DNA of 64,000 nt, taken from Calditrichia bacterium (lineage in GTDB: Bacteria > Calditrichota > Calditrichia > JAJRVZ01). The notes under the pieces were generated by a model. That model had not been told where the DNA came from. It ran no database searches and was given only the letters and a program-made list of their open reading frames with translations. Below are positions 11,120 to 21,107 of the stretch, one piece after another; positions within the stretch are counted from its first letter, which is position 1; the number at the start of each line of letters is the position of its first letter. Position numbers and translations under genes: made by a program. The stretch lies in NCBI GenBank assembly GCA_963777955.1, contig CAVZSQ010000013.1:288001-352000 (forward strand), in the 5' to 3' direction.

Positions 11120-11905
11120 ATGGGTGAAATGATGATAGAAAAAGCCTCAACTTTGGAACGCCGGGCCCGGATTCTGGAACAAGTTGATACCGCCGGGCAG
11201 GTTGAAGTACAAAACCTGAGTGGAATTTTTGGAGTCAGTGAAGTTACGATTCGTAATGATCTGGCTCATCTCGAACAAAAAAACCTGTTATTACGCACCC
11301 GTGGTGGTGCTATCAAACAACGGCGCGTGGGATTTGACTTTGCTCTGGCAGAAAAACAGAAACAGCACCTGGCCGAGAAACAGCGTATAGGTCGCACCGC
11401 GGTAGATCTGATAAAAGAATATGATACCATAATTCTGGACTCCGGATCAACCACCATGGAAATCGCTAAAAATTTAGCCCGCCTTAATCATGTCACAGTG
11501 ATAACTGACGCCTTGAACATAGCCAGTATACTCGCTGAAAATAAGAATGTGAAAGTCATCATTCCGGGCGGGTCTTTACGGGAGAATTCGTATTCTCTGG
11601 TCGGGTCGCTGGCCGAACAGAATTTCCGCAATTATTACTGTGACAAGTTATTCCTGGGTGTTGATGGATTTGATTCGCGATATGGAATATCCACACCCAA
11701 TGTTGAAGAAGCTCAGTTGAACCGGGTAATGGTGGAAATTTCGCGGGAGATTTTTGTAGTAACTGACTCCAGCAAATTCTTACGCCGGAGTTTCGCCTTC
11801 ATAACGCCTGTCACCGAAATTGATGCGGTGATTACGGATAAAGGGATACCTCCGGAAGAACACAATATATTAAAAAATATGGGAGTGAAGGTAATAATCG
11901 CCTGA
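11120..11905 (+). CDS. agaR: DeoR-family transcriptional repressor
   Basis: VSEVTIRNDL HTH, RTRGGA, EKQRIG, IILDSGSTT, DKLFLGVDG, DSSKF; divergent from agaS. Confidence 0.85.
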   Translation: MGEMMIEKASTLERRARILEQVDTAGQVEVQNLSGIFGVSEVTIRNDLAHLEQKNLLLRTRGGAIKQRRVGFDFALAEKQKQHLAEKQRIGRTAVDLIKEYDTIILDSGSTTMEIAKNLARLNHVTVITDALNIASILAENKNVKVIIPGGSLRENSYSLVGSLAEQNFRNYYCDKLFLGVDGFDSRYGISTPNVEEAQLNRVMVEISREIFVVTDSSKFLRRSFAFITPVTEIDAVITDKGIPPEEHNILKNMGVKVIIA

Positions 11906-11918
11906 TCATTTCACAAAC

Positions 11919-13397
11919 TTAACCGGTCAATGGTGTTGCTATTTGCAGCAGTTCCTTTTCTACTCTATGCCGGATCATGGCGTATTCCAGACTGTTCAAT
12001 TCATTTAAGGTCAGGATCTGTTTATAATATTTTTGAGCCTCCGGCAGATCCCCTTTACCACGGTAAGCCTTGGCCAACAGATATAATATAGAAGAATCAT
12101 CCCTGGGAGCCTGCGCAAGTCCTGAGATGACCTGATCATATTTCTTCTCGGCCAGGTCTATCATGGCCTTGACTTCGGTAACTGCCAGCATCAGCAGCGG
12201 ATTTTCATGTTTGACTATTTCCTGCTCATATAAATTCGCATAATTCCGCGCTTCGCTGCAATTGTTTTCCGTAACCGCAATTATAGCCCGGTCAAGGAAT
12301 ATCCGTTCCGCCGACCATTGTTTTACTTCCGGCGGCAGATTGACTTCCTGGAAAAATTTATAGACTGCCTCGGTCTTGGCCCTGGCTTCGACCATCCTGC
12401 CCTGATCCAGCAGTACCTGCACAATAGTGTGCATAGCTCCGTTCATAGCCAGGGTATCGCGACTGGCTGCGGCTAAATCATATCTCTGCTCCAGTTCCGC
12501 TCTGGCCAGATCCAGATTCCCTTCTTCGGCATACGAGACAGCCACGGCATAATAATACATCGATATTTCGGCATCACCGCGGACGATTCGGTACATGGCT
12601 TTAAGTTGCCGGCGGGCCTCTTCATACTCCTTTTTAAAATTTAAATTTGTCGCGATACCGATATAGGAATAGATAAAGTTAGGATCGAGTTGCAGTGCTT
12701 TTTCATAATTCTCGATCGATACTTCGTATTCTCCCATGCGCAGCAGGAGTTCGGCATAGGAATCATAGGGATTAGCGTTATCGGGTATCAGTTTAATGTA
12801 TTTTTTTAAAGCCTTCTCGGCCTCGGCGTAATCACCGAGAAAGCGATAACAATATCCGATCTGATTATAAGGGGTGGAAAACTCAGGATTAATTTCCAGG
12901 GCTCGATTATAAGTCGCAATCGCCCGCAGCCATTGCCGTTGACCAAAATAGAAGTTACCCAGAGTTAAATAGAGTTGTTCATCCTTGGGGTACATCTGTA
13001 CCAATTTTTCCAGCAGTTCCTGTTGTTTCCTGGTATTCCCCAGCATCGCTTCATGCGTAGACTCGACCAGTAATCTCTCCCCCTGCGATACTTTATCGAG
13101 ATGTTTATAGCCCTTATTATAGTATTCTAACCGTTGCTTGGCCGGCAAATAACTGTCAACCATATAGTAATAAGCCAGTACGAAATTGGAATCCAGTTCG
13201 ATTGCTTTCTGAAAGTAATCGACTGCGTCATGCCGGCGCCATTTTTCGGTCAGATCCCGTGCCTGCAAAAAATACTGTAAAGCCCGGGGCGAAGAGGTCG
13301 TGATCGGCATTTTATCCTTTTGACCACATGCCATTAAGCAGAAAGCAACCGGAATGATAATCGTAGTTTTAATAATCTGCTTCATGTATAACCTCAT
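11919..13397 (-). CDS. Tetratricopeptide-repeat lipoprotein
   Basis: LMAC lipobox; repeated AIELDSNF/ALEINPEF/ALQLDPNF TPR motifs. Confidence 0.8.
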   Translation of the reverse strand: MRLYMKQIIKTTIIIPVAFCLMACGQKDKMPITTSSPRALQYFLQARDLTEKWRRHDAVDYFQKAIELDSNFVLAYYYMVDSYLPAKQRLEYYNKGYKHLDKVSQGERLLVESTHEAMLGNTRKQQELLEKLVQMYPKDEQLYLTLGNFYFGQRQWLRAIATYNRALEINPEFSTPYNQIGYCYRFLGDYAEAEKALKKYIKLIPDNANPYDSYAELLLRMGEYEVSIENYEKALQLDPNFIYSYIGIATNLNFKKEYEEARRQLKAMYRIVRGDAEISMYYYAVAVSYAEEGNLDLARAELEQRYDLAAASRDTLAMNGAMHTIVQVLLDQGRMVEARAKTEAVYKFFQEVNLPPEVKQWSAERIFLDRAIIAVTENNCSEARNYANLYEQEIVKHENPLLMLAVTEVKAMIDLAEKKYDQVISGLAQAPRDDSSILYLLAKAYRGKGDLPEAQKYYKQILTLNELNSLEYAMIRHRVEKELLQIATPLTG

Positions 13398-13744
13398 TAA
13401 TAATGATCCGCAAAACTCTGCACGGCAGCATTGACCGTATCATACACGGGCAATATTCCATCCAGTCTGGTGATGGCAAAGATACTGCGCACCTTGCCGG
13501 ATAAACCCGCAAATTTTAATTCACCCCCGGCTTTGCGCACAGTGGTCACACAACGCATTAATGCACCGATGCCGGCACTGGCTAAAAAATTAACGTGCTT
13601 TAAATCGATCACGATTTTTTTAATCTGACGCTTTAAGAATGATTCAACCCGCGTATGCAATTCGTCGGTTTCCGGAGAATCCGTTAATTTACCTTTAATT
13701 GCCAGTACGTAAATATCGTCAAATTGTTGCTCCACAAAATGCAT
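13397..13744 (-). CDS. STAS-domain anti-sigma factor antagonist
   Basis: IVIDLKHVNFLASAGIGAL...GGELKF...IFAITRLD; start/stop overlap with the TPR gene. Confidence 0.85.
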   Translation of the reverse strand: MHFVEQQFDDIYVLAIKGKLTDSPETDELHTRVESFLKRQIKKIVIDLKHVNFLASAGIGALMRCVTTVRKAGGELKFAGLSGKVRSIFAITRLDGILPVYDTVNAAVQSFADHY

Positions 13745-13818
13745 TTTTTATACCTCATTAAATATTAATATTATTTCCGCCTTATTCGGAGATATCTGAC
13801 TGATTATCAAGAGCAGGG

Positions 13819-14529
13819 TCAGACTAAACCGCGAATTAAGATGATTGCACCGGAAAGTCCCGCCAAGCCGAGAATAATCAGGCGAATATACCCCCTGTCC
13901 AGTATTTTAGCCGTTCTGTTTGAAATAAAATACCCGATCAATATTCCCGGTATTAATTCCAGCGAAAGAATTACCTGTCGTCCAGCGAACCTTCCTATTA
14001 TAATTAAAGAAATTATCGAAATTAAAGTTCCCGCCACAAAAATGGCAGACAGGGTACCGCGTAGTTTGGGTCCCTGTAAATCCTGGTAAATCAAAGCCAT
14101 CGGTACTCCGCCAATTGCCGAGGTCGTACCCATGAATCCGGATAGAATTCCGGTCAGAACTAAATTACGCGGTGAAACTTTTAACCTGAAGCCCAGTAAA
14201 CTCAGGGCTACTGCACTCAAAACCATAATACCGAAAAGAACTGCTAATTTGTTTTCAGGGATCATCGTCAGTATAGCTGCACCCACAGCCGTACCCAAAA
14301 TCCGTCCTACTATTGCCCAATTGATTTCTTTGAAAACAATAGAATCGTATTCACGATAGGAAACCAGCACAGTCAACAACAAAGCGGCCAGCAATAATGG
14401 ACCGGGAATGAAATCCTGATCGAGTAAGGCCAGCAACGGCACAGCGATGAAACCCAGACCGATACCCAGCGAGCCCTGGACGATTGAACCGATTATTACG
14501 ATTACCACTGCCCCGAGCGTTACTAACAT
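13819..14529 (-). CDS. Sulfite exporter TauE/SafE family membrane protein
   Basis: GSIVQGSLGIGLG..AVP and SGFMGTTSAIGGVP repeats, about 8 hydrophobic segments; TAATG overlap with the NUDIX gene. Confidence 0.8.
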   Translation of the reverse strand: MLVTLGAVVIVIIGSIVQGSLGIGLGFIAVPLLALLDQDFIPGPLLLAALLLTVLVSYREYDSIVFKEINWAIVGRILGTAVGAAILTMIPENKLAVLFGIMVLSAVALSLLGFRLKVSPRNLVLTGILSGFMGTTSAIGGVPMALIYQDLQGPKLRGTLSAIFVAGTLISIISLIIIGRFAGRQVILSLELIPGILIGYFISNRTAKILDRGYIRLIILGLAGLSGAIILIRGLV

Positions 14530-15110
14530 TATCTCCCCGGTAAAAAGCCATTCCATAATTCATTAATCCTCGAAAGCGCAGAAAGGGCCAGGGCATGTTT
14601 GATTTGACCTGATTTAATCGCGCTACGTATTTCATCAAAATCAAGGGTTTCAACCGTGATATCCTCCCCTTCATCCAGCATGGGGGTATGTGTCTTCCGG
14701 ACACGATCGGCCAACCAGTGATGACAAAGATTGGTATGAAAAGCAGGATTGGGTTCCACGGCACCCAGATAAAACCAGGATGATGAAGTATAACCGGTTT
14801 CTTCCTGCAACTCGCGCATTGCCGCCTGCTGAGGTGATTCCTGTACCTCCAGAACTCCACCCGGAATTTCAGTCGAAATTTTTCCGGTGCCGAAACGGTA
14901 CTGGTGGACGACTACAATTCTTTTCTCGGCAGTGATCGCAACAATGTTTACCCAATCTACTGTTTCCAGCACCAGGCGTTTTAATTCTTTATTATTTCTT
15001 GGATTTTTGTACCAATCATAGCGGACCTGAAAAAGCCGAAGGTCCGCGCCCTGTTCCGATCGCGAAACAGTCCAGGGCGGCGGATATTTTTCTTCATTCA
15101 GTTTTTTCAC
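14529..15110 (-). CDS. NUDIX hydrolase (ADP-ribose pyrophosphatase-like)
   Basis: QYRFG..EIPGGVLE..AAMRELQEETGY Nudix box; LDEGEDI. Confidence 0.9.
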   Translation of the reverse strand: MKKLNEEKYPPPWTVSRSEQGADLRLFQVRYDWYKNPRNNKELKRLVLETVDWVNIVAITAEKRIVVVHQYRFGTGKISTEIPGGVLEVQESPQQAAMRELQEETGYTSSSWFYLGAVEPNPAFHTNLCHHWLADRVRKTHTPMLDEGEDITVETLDFDEIRSAIKSGQIKHALALSALSRINELWNGFLPGR

Positions 15111-15117
15111 AGCAGTA

Positions 15118-15447
15118 CTATTTCTTTTCTCTCGTTTTGATCAGACGATTCATCACTTTAACTACTACAAAGACACTCAGCGCCACGATTAAAAATTCAA
15201 TAACCGTGTTTACAAACTGGCCATAACCTATAGCCACGGCCGGTACTTCACCGACAGCAGCTTTCAATACAACTTGCAGATTTTTAAAGTCGACACCGCC
15301 AATCAGAATTCCCAACGGCGGCATCAGGATATCCATGACCAGTGAATTTACGATCTTGTTGAAAGCGGAACCAAGAATGATACCGATGGCCATATCCAGA
15401 GCATTTCCTTTCACAGCGAATTCCTTAAACTCCTGCCAGAAACCCAT
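15118..15447 (-). CDS. mscL: Large-conductance mechanosensitive channel
   Basis: [49 protein letters not shown]. Confidence 0.95.
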   Translation of the reverse strand: MGFWQEFKEFAVKGNALDMAIGIILGSAFNKIVNSLVMDILMPPLGILIGGVDFKNLQVVLKAAVGEVPAVAIGYGQFVNTVIEFLIVALSVFVVVKVMNRLIKTREKK

Positions 15448-15515
15448 ACATACCTCCTTTAAAGATTAAATTTGAACCAGTCTATTAATTAACAGGGTAC
15501 TTTCCGATCACAGCT

Positions 15516-16430
15516 CTACCATAATTCCGGTACCGATAAATATCTTTCCCCCGTATCATAGCAAAAGGTCAGGATTTTTTTCTCCGGCGAGGTTTCCCTG
15601 ATTTTTTTCGCAACTGCCGCCAGGGCTGCACCGGTCGAGATCCCGACCAGGATTCCTTCTTCCCTGGCACAGCGTCTGGTATACTCAAAGGCTTCTGCCT
15701 TACTGATCTGAATTACACCATCGAGAATCCCGGTGTGTAAATTTTTAGGTATGAATCCGGCACCAATTCCCTGGATGGGGTGGGGTCCGGGTTGGCCGCC
15801 GCTGATAACCGGCGATAATTCCGGTTCCACCGCAAAAACCTTCAATCCCGGCATCTTCGGTTTAAGAACCTCCCCGCAGGCGGTGATATGTCCGCCGGTA
15901 CCGACTCCGGTGATCAAAAAATCCAGCCCGGGCGGCGGAAAATCATGCAGTATCTCCTGGGCGGTAAAGCGTCGATGGGCTTCGATATTAGATTCATTTT
16001 CAAACTGCATCGGCATCCAGGAATGGGGTATTTCAGTCAACATCTGGCCAGCCCGTTCAATTGCTCCTTTCATGCCCAGTTCACGCGGCGTCAATTCAAA
16101 ACGGGCACCGTAAGCCGACATAAGTTGACGCCGTTCTACTGACATGGATTCCGGCATGACCAGAATCAATTTGTATTTCTTTACTGCGGCCACCATGGCC
16201 AGTCCGATACCGGTATTGCCCGAGGTCGGTTCAATGATCGTGCTCTCTTTATTCAGCAGACCTTCCTTCTCGGCATCTTCGATCATCGACAGGGCAATGC
16301 GATCCTTGATACTGCCGCCCGGATTGCTGCGTTCCAGTTTCATCCAGACCCGGGCAGACGGGCCATATAAATTATTTATTCTGACCTGGGGAGTATTTCC
16401 AATACTCTCCAATATATTAGCTGTAAGCAT
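15516..16430 (-). CDS. cysK: Cysteine synthase A
   Basis: [59 protein letters not shown]; true start ATG 16430. Confidence 0.95.
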   Translation of the reverse strand: MLTANILESIGNTPQVRINNLYGPSARVWMKLERSNPGGSIKDRIALSMIEDAEKEGLLNKESTIIEPTSGNTGIGLAMVAAVKKYKLILVMPESMSVERRQLMSAYGARFELTPRELGMKGAIERAGQMLTEIPHSWMPMQFENESNIEAHRRFTAQEILHDFPPPGLDFLITGVGTGGHITACGEVLKPKMPGLKVFAVEPELSPVISGGQPGPHPIQGIGAGFIPKNLHTGILDGVIQISKAEAFEYTRRCAREEGILVGISTGAALAAVAKKIRETSPEKKILTFCYDTGERYLSVPELW

Positions 16431-17283
16431 TTTTTCCCCCTTTTTTTGATGTTGATTTCGATCTGTCTTCAATGCCGGACTTGCGGCGGACTTTAATTTC
16501 ACTGGTGTGATAAACAATGGAATAAGGAGCAACGCTCTTGGTCAACCAGACGTTCCCACCGATAATACTATCATGCCCTACCACCGTATCTCCCCCCAGA
16601 ATCGTGGCATTCGAATAAATGATGGCATTGTCTTCAATAGTGGGGTGACGTTTTAATTTGGACATGTTTTTTTGCACACTTAATGCACCCAGTGAAACAC
16701 CCTGGTAGATCTTGACATTTTTTCCTATAATCGTCGTTTCGCCGATGACCACACCGGTACCATGATCGATAAAGAACGATTCACCGATAGCTGCACCGGG
16801 ATGAATATCGATGCCCGTCTGAATATGGGCAAATTCAGTCAGCATGCGCGGAAAAACCGGGATATCATTCAGATAAAACTCATGAGCAATCCGGTAAGTA
16901 TAAATCGCAAAAAATCCCGGATAGGCCGAGATCACTTCGTCCACGCTTTCGGCGGCGGGATCTCCTTCATAGATGGCCTGTGCATCCAGGCATAACAAGC
17001 GGTAAATTTCCGGCATTTTTTTAAAAAAGCGGCTGGTTATTTTATCAATCCGTTTGGCCTGACTGGGTTGTTGCAATTTCAGGATTTTGCTCAGATCGTT
17101 TTCCAGCAGGGCAAATTTTCCGGTCATTGCTTCTTGTGTAAGCAGATTGCGTTCACTATCAAAATGAGGAAATAACAGTTCCAGCAGATCGGTTAAAAAT
17201 TGTCCGACTTTATGCTTGGGCGGGAATACCGCCTGATACTTACTTCTCGTTTTCAACAGGTTCGAAATAAAAGTACGGTCCAT
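16417..17283 (-). CDS. cysE: Serine O-acetyltransferase (EpsC-type)
   Basis: [48 protein letters not shown]; overlaps cysK. Confidence 0.92.
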   Translation of the reverse strand: MDRTFISNLLKTRSKYQAVFPPKHKVGQFLTDLLELLFPHFDSERNLLTQEAMTGKFALLENDLSKILKLQQPSQAKRIDKITSRFFKKMPEIYRLLCLDAQAIYEGDPAAESVDEVISAYPGFFAIYTYRIAHEFYLNDIPVFPRMLTEFAHIQTGIDIHPGAAIGESFFIDHGTGVVIGETTIIGKNVKIYQGVSLGALSVQKNMSKLKRHPTIEDNAIIYSNATILGGDTVVGHDSIIGGNVWLTKSVAPYSIVYHTSEIKVRRKSGIEDRSKSTSKKGGKNAYS

Positions 17284-17430
17284 TGTAAAACCTCGTTTCA
17301 ATTTCAGCAGATGAATCGTTTCTGCTGCTTTACTCAGAGTACGGTACGAATATCCCTGTAAAAATTTCTTATCGCAAATCCAGCCGCGACAGCCCGGACC
17401 GACTAATTTTATCGCATTTGAAATAAAAAG

Positions 17431-17463
17431 AAAAGAAAAATAAAGACCCGAACAGGGTTTTTC
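17431..17463 (-). terminator. Possible intrinsic terminator after the isomerase gene
   Basis: Minus strand ACCC-TGTTC-GGGT followed by a long T-rich tract; the stem is short. Confidence 0.4.
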
Positions 17464-17488
17464 TTATGTAACTAATTGCGCTTATTGC

Positions 17489-18946
17489 TCATTCCTGGTG
17501 ATAGTAGACAGACCAGCCCAGATATTTTTCGAAGGCCTCGGCAATTGCTGCAGCTGTCTGAGACAGATTAATGGCCACGTGATGTTCAAAACCCTGTGCA
17601 CAGAGCTGGGCCAGTAATTTCTGTAAATTGGGAATATGCGCCACACCATAACCGCCAAAGGTTTGCAACGGATCGTCGGTCAGTTGTCCCTGACCGACAT
17701 AGGCGGCAATTTTTCCTGAAAAATCATCCGTGGAAACGCGGCAAAATGTAAACGGATCCGGACGAATCCTGCCGACTATGGTGCCATATGTATTTTCCTT
17801 GCCCACTGTACCTGCCACGATCTCCTGATAATCCATGCGGGGCAGATCCGCAGCCGAACAATTACGGCAAGCACCGACAACTTTATTATCGACAAATACC
17901 CCCAGCGGCAGGTTGGAGCAATGAAACATTATGCATTTATCCGGATCATCGCCATAATTATTATTCCAATCAAGAATTGCGCTGGGTTTGCCCGAAGCCT
18001 GGACCATGGTATACATCCCGATCACTCCGCCGATATCGGTTTCACAGGCACTGGGCATCAATCTATTACTCATCATACTCATCATGGTGCAGGGCACCAC
18101 GCCATAAAATTCTTCCATGGCAGTCCAGCATTGTACGGCGCTGGCGACCAGATTATTATCCTTCATCCATCTTTCGATCACCACACCTAGCCTGGCCATT
18201 TTTTCCAGAGCAGTTTTCGGGATACCTTTGACCGGAACATAATTATTAATTTCCTCGATCTTGCTCTTAAAATCCTGGTCCGAATCTTTCACTTTAGCGG
18301 TCAGACCAAATACCTCGGACAAATCGATTGTTTCGATACTGATACCATGCCGCTCATAAATTTTTTCACTGAAACGAACTGTATTAAAGGCCGCAGGCCG
18401 GGCACCAATCATCCCAATACTGATATTTTTGAGCCCCTTGACCACCAGGCATATCTGAACAAATTTTTCCAGATCACTCTTAAAAGCGGCGCTTTCCGGA
18501 TCTACAGTATGCTGGCCGGTCAGAGAAAACTTGAGGCCGTACTGGACCAGATTGTTGCAGGCTGATAATTTTCCACAAAAAGAATCGCGCCGGTCCGCAA
18601 TGGTCATCTTACGAGGGTCGTCCGGGAAAGCGTGGATTAACACCGGCACATTCAATTCCGACCAGCGCAGTGTATTGGCTACACCCCGCTCATCGCCAAA
18701 ATTGGGCAGGGTCACCAGTATTCCGTCTATTTCCCGCCTGTGTTTTTTAAATAATTCGGTACATGTGACTGCATCCTGTAAGGATTCCACGCTGCCATAC
18801 TTGGTATCTTCCGGAGTGAGGGTTACAACCTTTATCCCGGCTGATTTCAATACTTTCAGTATGGTATCTCTGCCGGTTTTACACAAATAATCCGGGAAAA
18901 AACCCCTGTTACTGACAATGAGTCCCAGAGTGACTTGTTTTTGCAT
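17489..18946 (-). CDS. L-fucose/L-arabinose isomerase family protein
   Basis: LPNFGDE, RRDSFCGKLS, AVQCWTA, PSACETD, MFHCSN, GFEHHVA motifs. Confidence 0.85.
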   Translation of the reverse strand: MQKQVTLGLIVSNRGFFPDYLCKTGRDTILKVLKSAGIKVVTLTPEDTKYGSVESLQDAVTCTELFKKHRREIDGILVTLPNFGDERGVANTLRWSELNVPVLIHAFPDDPRKMTIADRRDSFCGKLSACNNLVQYGLKFSLTGQHTVDPESAAFKSDLEKFVQICLVVKGLKNISIGMIGARPAAFNTVRFSEKIYERHGISIETIDLSEVFGLTAKVKDSDQDFKSKIEEINNYVPVKGIPKTALEKMARLGVVIERWMKDNNLVASAVQCWTAMEEFYGVVPCTMMSMMSNRLMPSACETDIGGVIGMYTMVQASGKPSAILDWNNNYGDDPDKCIMFHCSNLPLGVFVDNKVVGACRNCSAADLPRMDYQEIVAGTVGKENTYGTIVGRIRPDPFTFCRVSTDDFSGKIAAYVGQGQLTDDPLQTFGGYGVAHIPNLQKLLAQLCAQGFEHHVAINLSQTAAAIAEAFEKYLGWSVYYHQE

Positions 18947-18989
18947 TCTAAACCTCGTGTTTTATCAAAAGGATTACCAGGAATCCTGG

Positions 18990-19842
18990 TTACTGTCCTG
19001 CTTTTTTTACTTTATCCATAATCTGGGGAATAGCCTCGGTCATCATCTCCTGCACCATTTCATAAGGGATGGTCCTCTGGGCGAATGTCCGGGTCTGCAG
19101 GGCTTGCATGAACCGCTCTTTGAATTCCCTCAGATAGGATCCATAGATATGGTAACTGTCGGCCTGATGCACATAACGGCCTAACTTTACATTCTTACCG
19201 GAAAGAACGGCAATACTTGCGGCGATATGTTGCTGCAATTGGATAAATGCAAACATATTCATAAAGGCAGCTTTATATGCATCGTTGGAACGGAAACGGA
19301 TATTGGTATTTAAATACCAGTCGCCCCGCTCATCCTGCAGCATCCGGCACCAGATACTTTGCAGACAAGCCGGATCATAACAGAAATTATCTTCCCAGAC
19401 CTTCCAGGTTATAGCCTGAGCGCGCCGGGTATAGGGAGTCCTGGCCAGTTTTTCGACCATAAGTTTGATCTGATCATAAATAGTATCCAGGCCGGGCACG
19501 GTATATCCGAACAATCTTTGATGATACGTATATTCCCAGCGGGTATCAGCGGCATTAGTCTGCCGACTGGCGAATCCAATGATCTTTTATCCCCTGGATA
19601 ACCTCCAGTACGTACTCCTGCAGATCTTCCAGTCCGCCCGGAAAATCTTTATGGATCATCGGCTCGGCCAGGGGTTTATGCACAACTATGGTCATGGAAC
19701 TGTCTTTACTGGGCGGATCATCGGCTTTATCATATTCAGTTTTTACATCGCAGCCCTGTTCATAAACGGCAACCAGGGACTTTTCCCAGGCCTCGGCCAG
19801 GCTATCCCCTTCGACCATTAATACAGGGATATTTCCGTTCAT
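18990..19842 (-). CDS. thyA: Archaeal-type thymidylate synthase-like protein (one frameshift near 19560)
   Basis: Joins 19555..19842 with the frame reading ADTRWEYTYHQRLF into 18990..19514; TRRAQAITW, DPACLQ (catalytic Cys), FRSNDAYKAAFMN, SYHIY. Confidence 0.75.
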
Positions 19843-19908
19843 GATATCTTTCCTTCCACTCTCCGCCAACACAGTCCGCTGTGCCTGTTAAATTGATCGC
19901 GTATATTT

Positions 19909-21057
19909 TTAACGAGTGAGAAACTTATAGACCGATTTCTGGGAATATTTTTCACCCGGTTTAAGATCCACAGGAGGAAAATTGGATTTATTGGGAGCAT
20001 CGGGATAATGCTGCGGTTCCAGACAGAAGGCAAAACGATGCTGATATACCTTCTCCTGTTTACCGGTTATTGTTCCGTCCAGAAAATTGCCGGAGTAAAA
20101 TTGTATTCCGGGCTCGGTAGTATATATTTCCAGCATCCGGCCGGACTTGGGATCATAGGCAGTAGCGGCCAGGGTGAGTGGATTTTCACTTCTATTCAGT
20201 ACCCAGTTGTGGTCATAACCGCCGGCAAAAGTTAATTGTTCATCAGCGTCATTGATTCTGGCGCCGATAGTCGCAGATTTACGGAAATCCATAGGCGTGC
20301 CGGCCACGTCTTTTAATTCACCCGTGGGGATCAGATTTTTATCAACCGGAGTGAATTGATCGGCATTGATCATCACTTCCTGGGCCAGGATATCCCCTGC
20401 ACCTGCGCCGGCAAGATTAAAATAGGAATGATGAGTCATATTTATAATCGTTGCTTTATCAGTTGTAGCACTGTACTCAATCTGCAGTTCATTATGGTTA
20501 TTCAGCATATATGTTACGACTACATCCACATTTCCGGGATAACCTTCTTCACCTGCAGGGCTGGCGTACTTTAATTTCAAACCGATGCTCGTGTCGCTTT
20601 CCAACTCCTCTGCCTCCCAGACGACTTTATCAAATCCCTTGAAACCACCATGCAGATGATTCTCACCGCTGTTGACCGTTAGTTGATAGGGTGTGCCATT
20701 CAGGGTGAATTTGCCCTTGGCAATCCTGTTGCCGAATCTGCCGATCAAACCGCCAAAATAGGGATTGTTCTTTAGATAGCCATCCAGATTGTCATAGCCC
20801 AGCACCACATCCGCAAATTTTCCCAGACGGTCAGCAACCCGCAATGAAACTACACTTCCCCCGTAGGTCATGATCTGTACTTCCATACCATTTTTATTCT
20901 GTAATGAGAACAGCAGCACTTCTTTACCCTCGGCGGTTTTTCCGAATGGCTTTTTCCCCAGTTTCATATACACCTTATCCTCCTTCAGGCAACTTAAAAA
21001 CGACATGCTCATCAGCATGATCAGTACCATGGTTGATATCCTGCTTATCGTTTTCAT
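19909..21057 (-). CDS. galM: Aldose 1-epimerase (galactose mutarotase) with lipoprotein-like signal
   Basis: DVVLGYD, GRFGNRIA, HLHGG, EEGYPG, HSYFNL, GYDHNW, GIQFYSGN, FCLEPQHYPD. Confidence 0.92.
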   Translation of the reverse strand: MKTISRISTMVLIMLMSMSFLSCLKEDKVYMKLGKKPFGKTAEGKEVLLFSLQNKNGMEVQIMTYGGSVVSLRVADRLGKFADVVLGYDNLDGYLKNNPYFGGLIGRFGNRIAKGKFTLNGTPYQLTVNSGENHLHGGFKGFDKVVWEAEELESDTSIGLKLKYASPAGEEGYPGNVDVVVTYMLNNHNELQIEYSATTDKATIINMTHHSYFNLAGAGAGDILAQEVMINADQFTPVDKNLIPTGELKDVAGTPMDFRKSATIGARINDADEQLTFAGGYDHNWVLNRSENPLTLAATAYDPKSGRMLEIYTTEPGIQFYSGNFLDGTITGKQEKVYQHRFAFCLEPQHYPDAPNKSNFPPVDLKPGEKYSQKSVYKFLTR

Positions 21058-21107
21058 CGGTGACTCCTTCCAGATGTTTTCAGTTCAATTTATAAAAAGT
21101 ATTTGAA

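Noticed and set aside
17284..17430. SAM riboswitch or T-box upstream of cysE
   Set aside because: The conserved core motifs are not present.
19555..19557. Stop-codon readthrough in the thyA-like gene, and similarly the TAG at 35071-35073 or the TGA at 31527-31529
   Set aside because: The downstream coding sequence is in a different frame, so these are indels rather than recoding.
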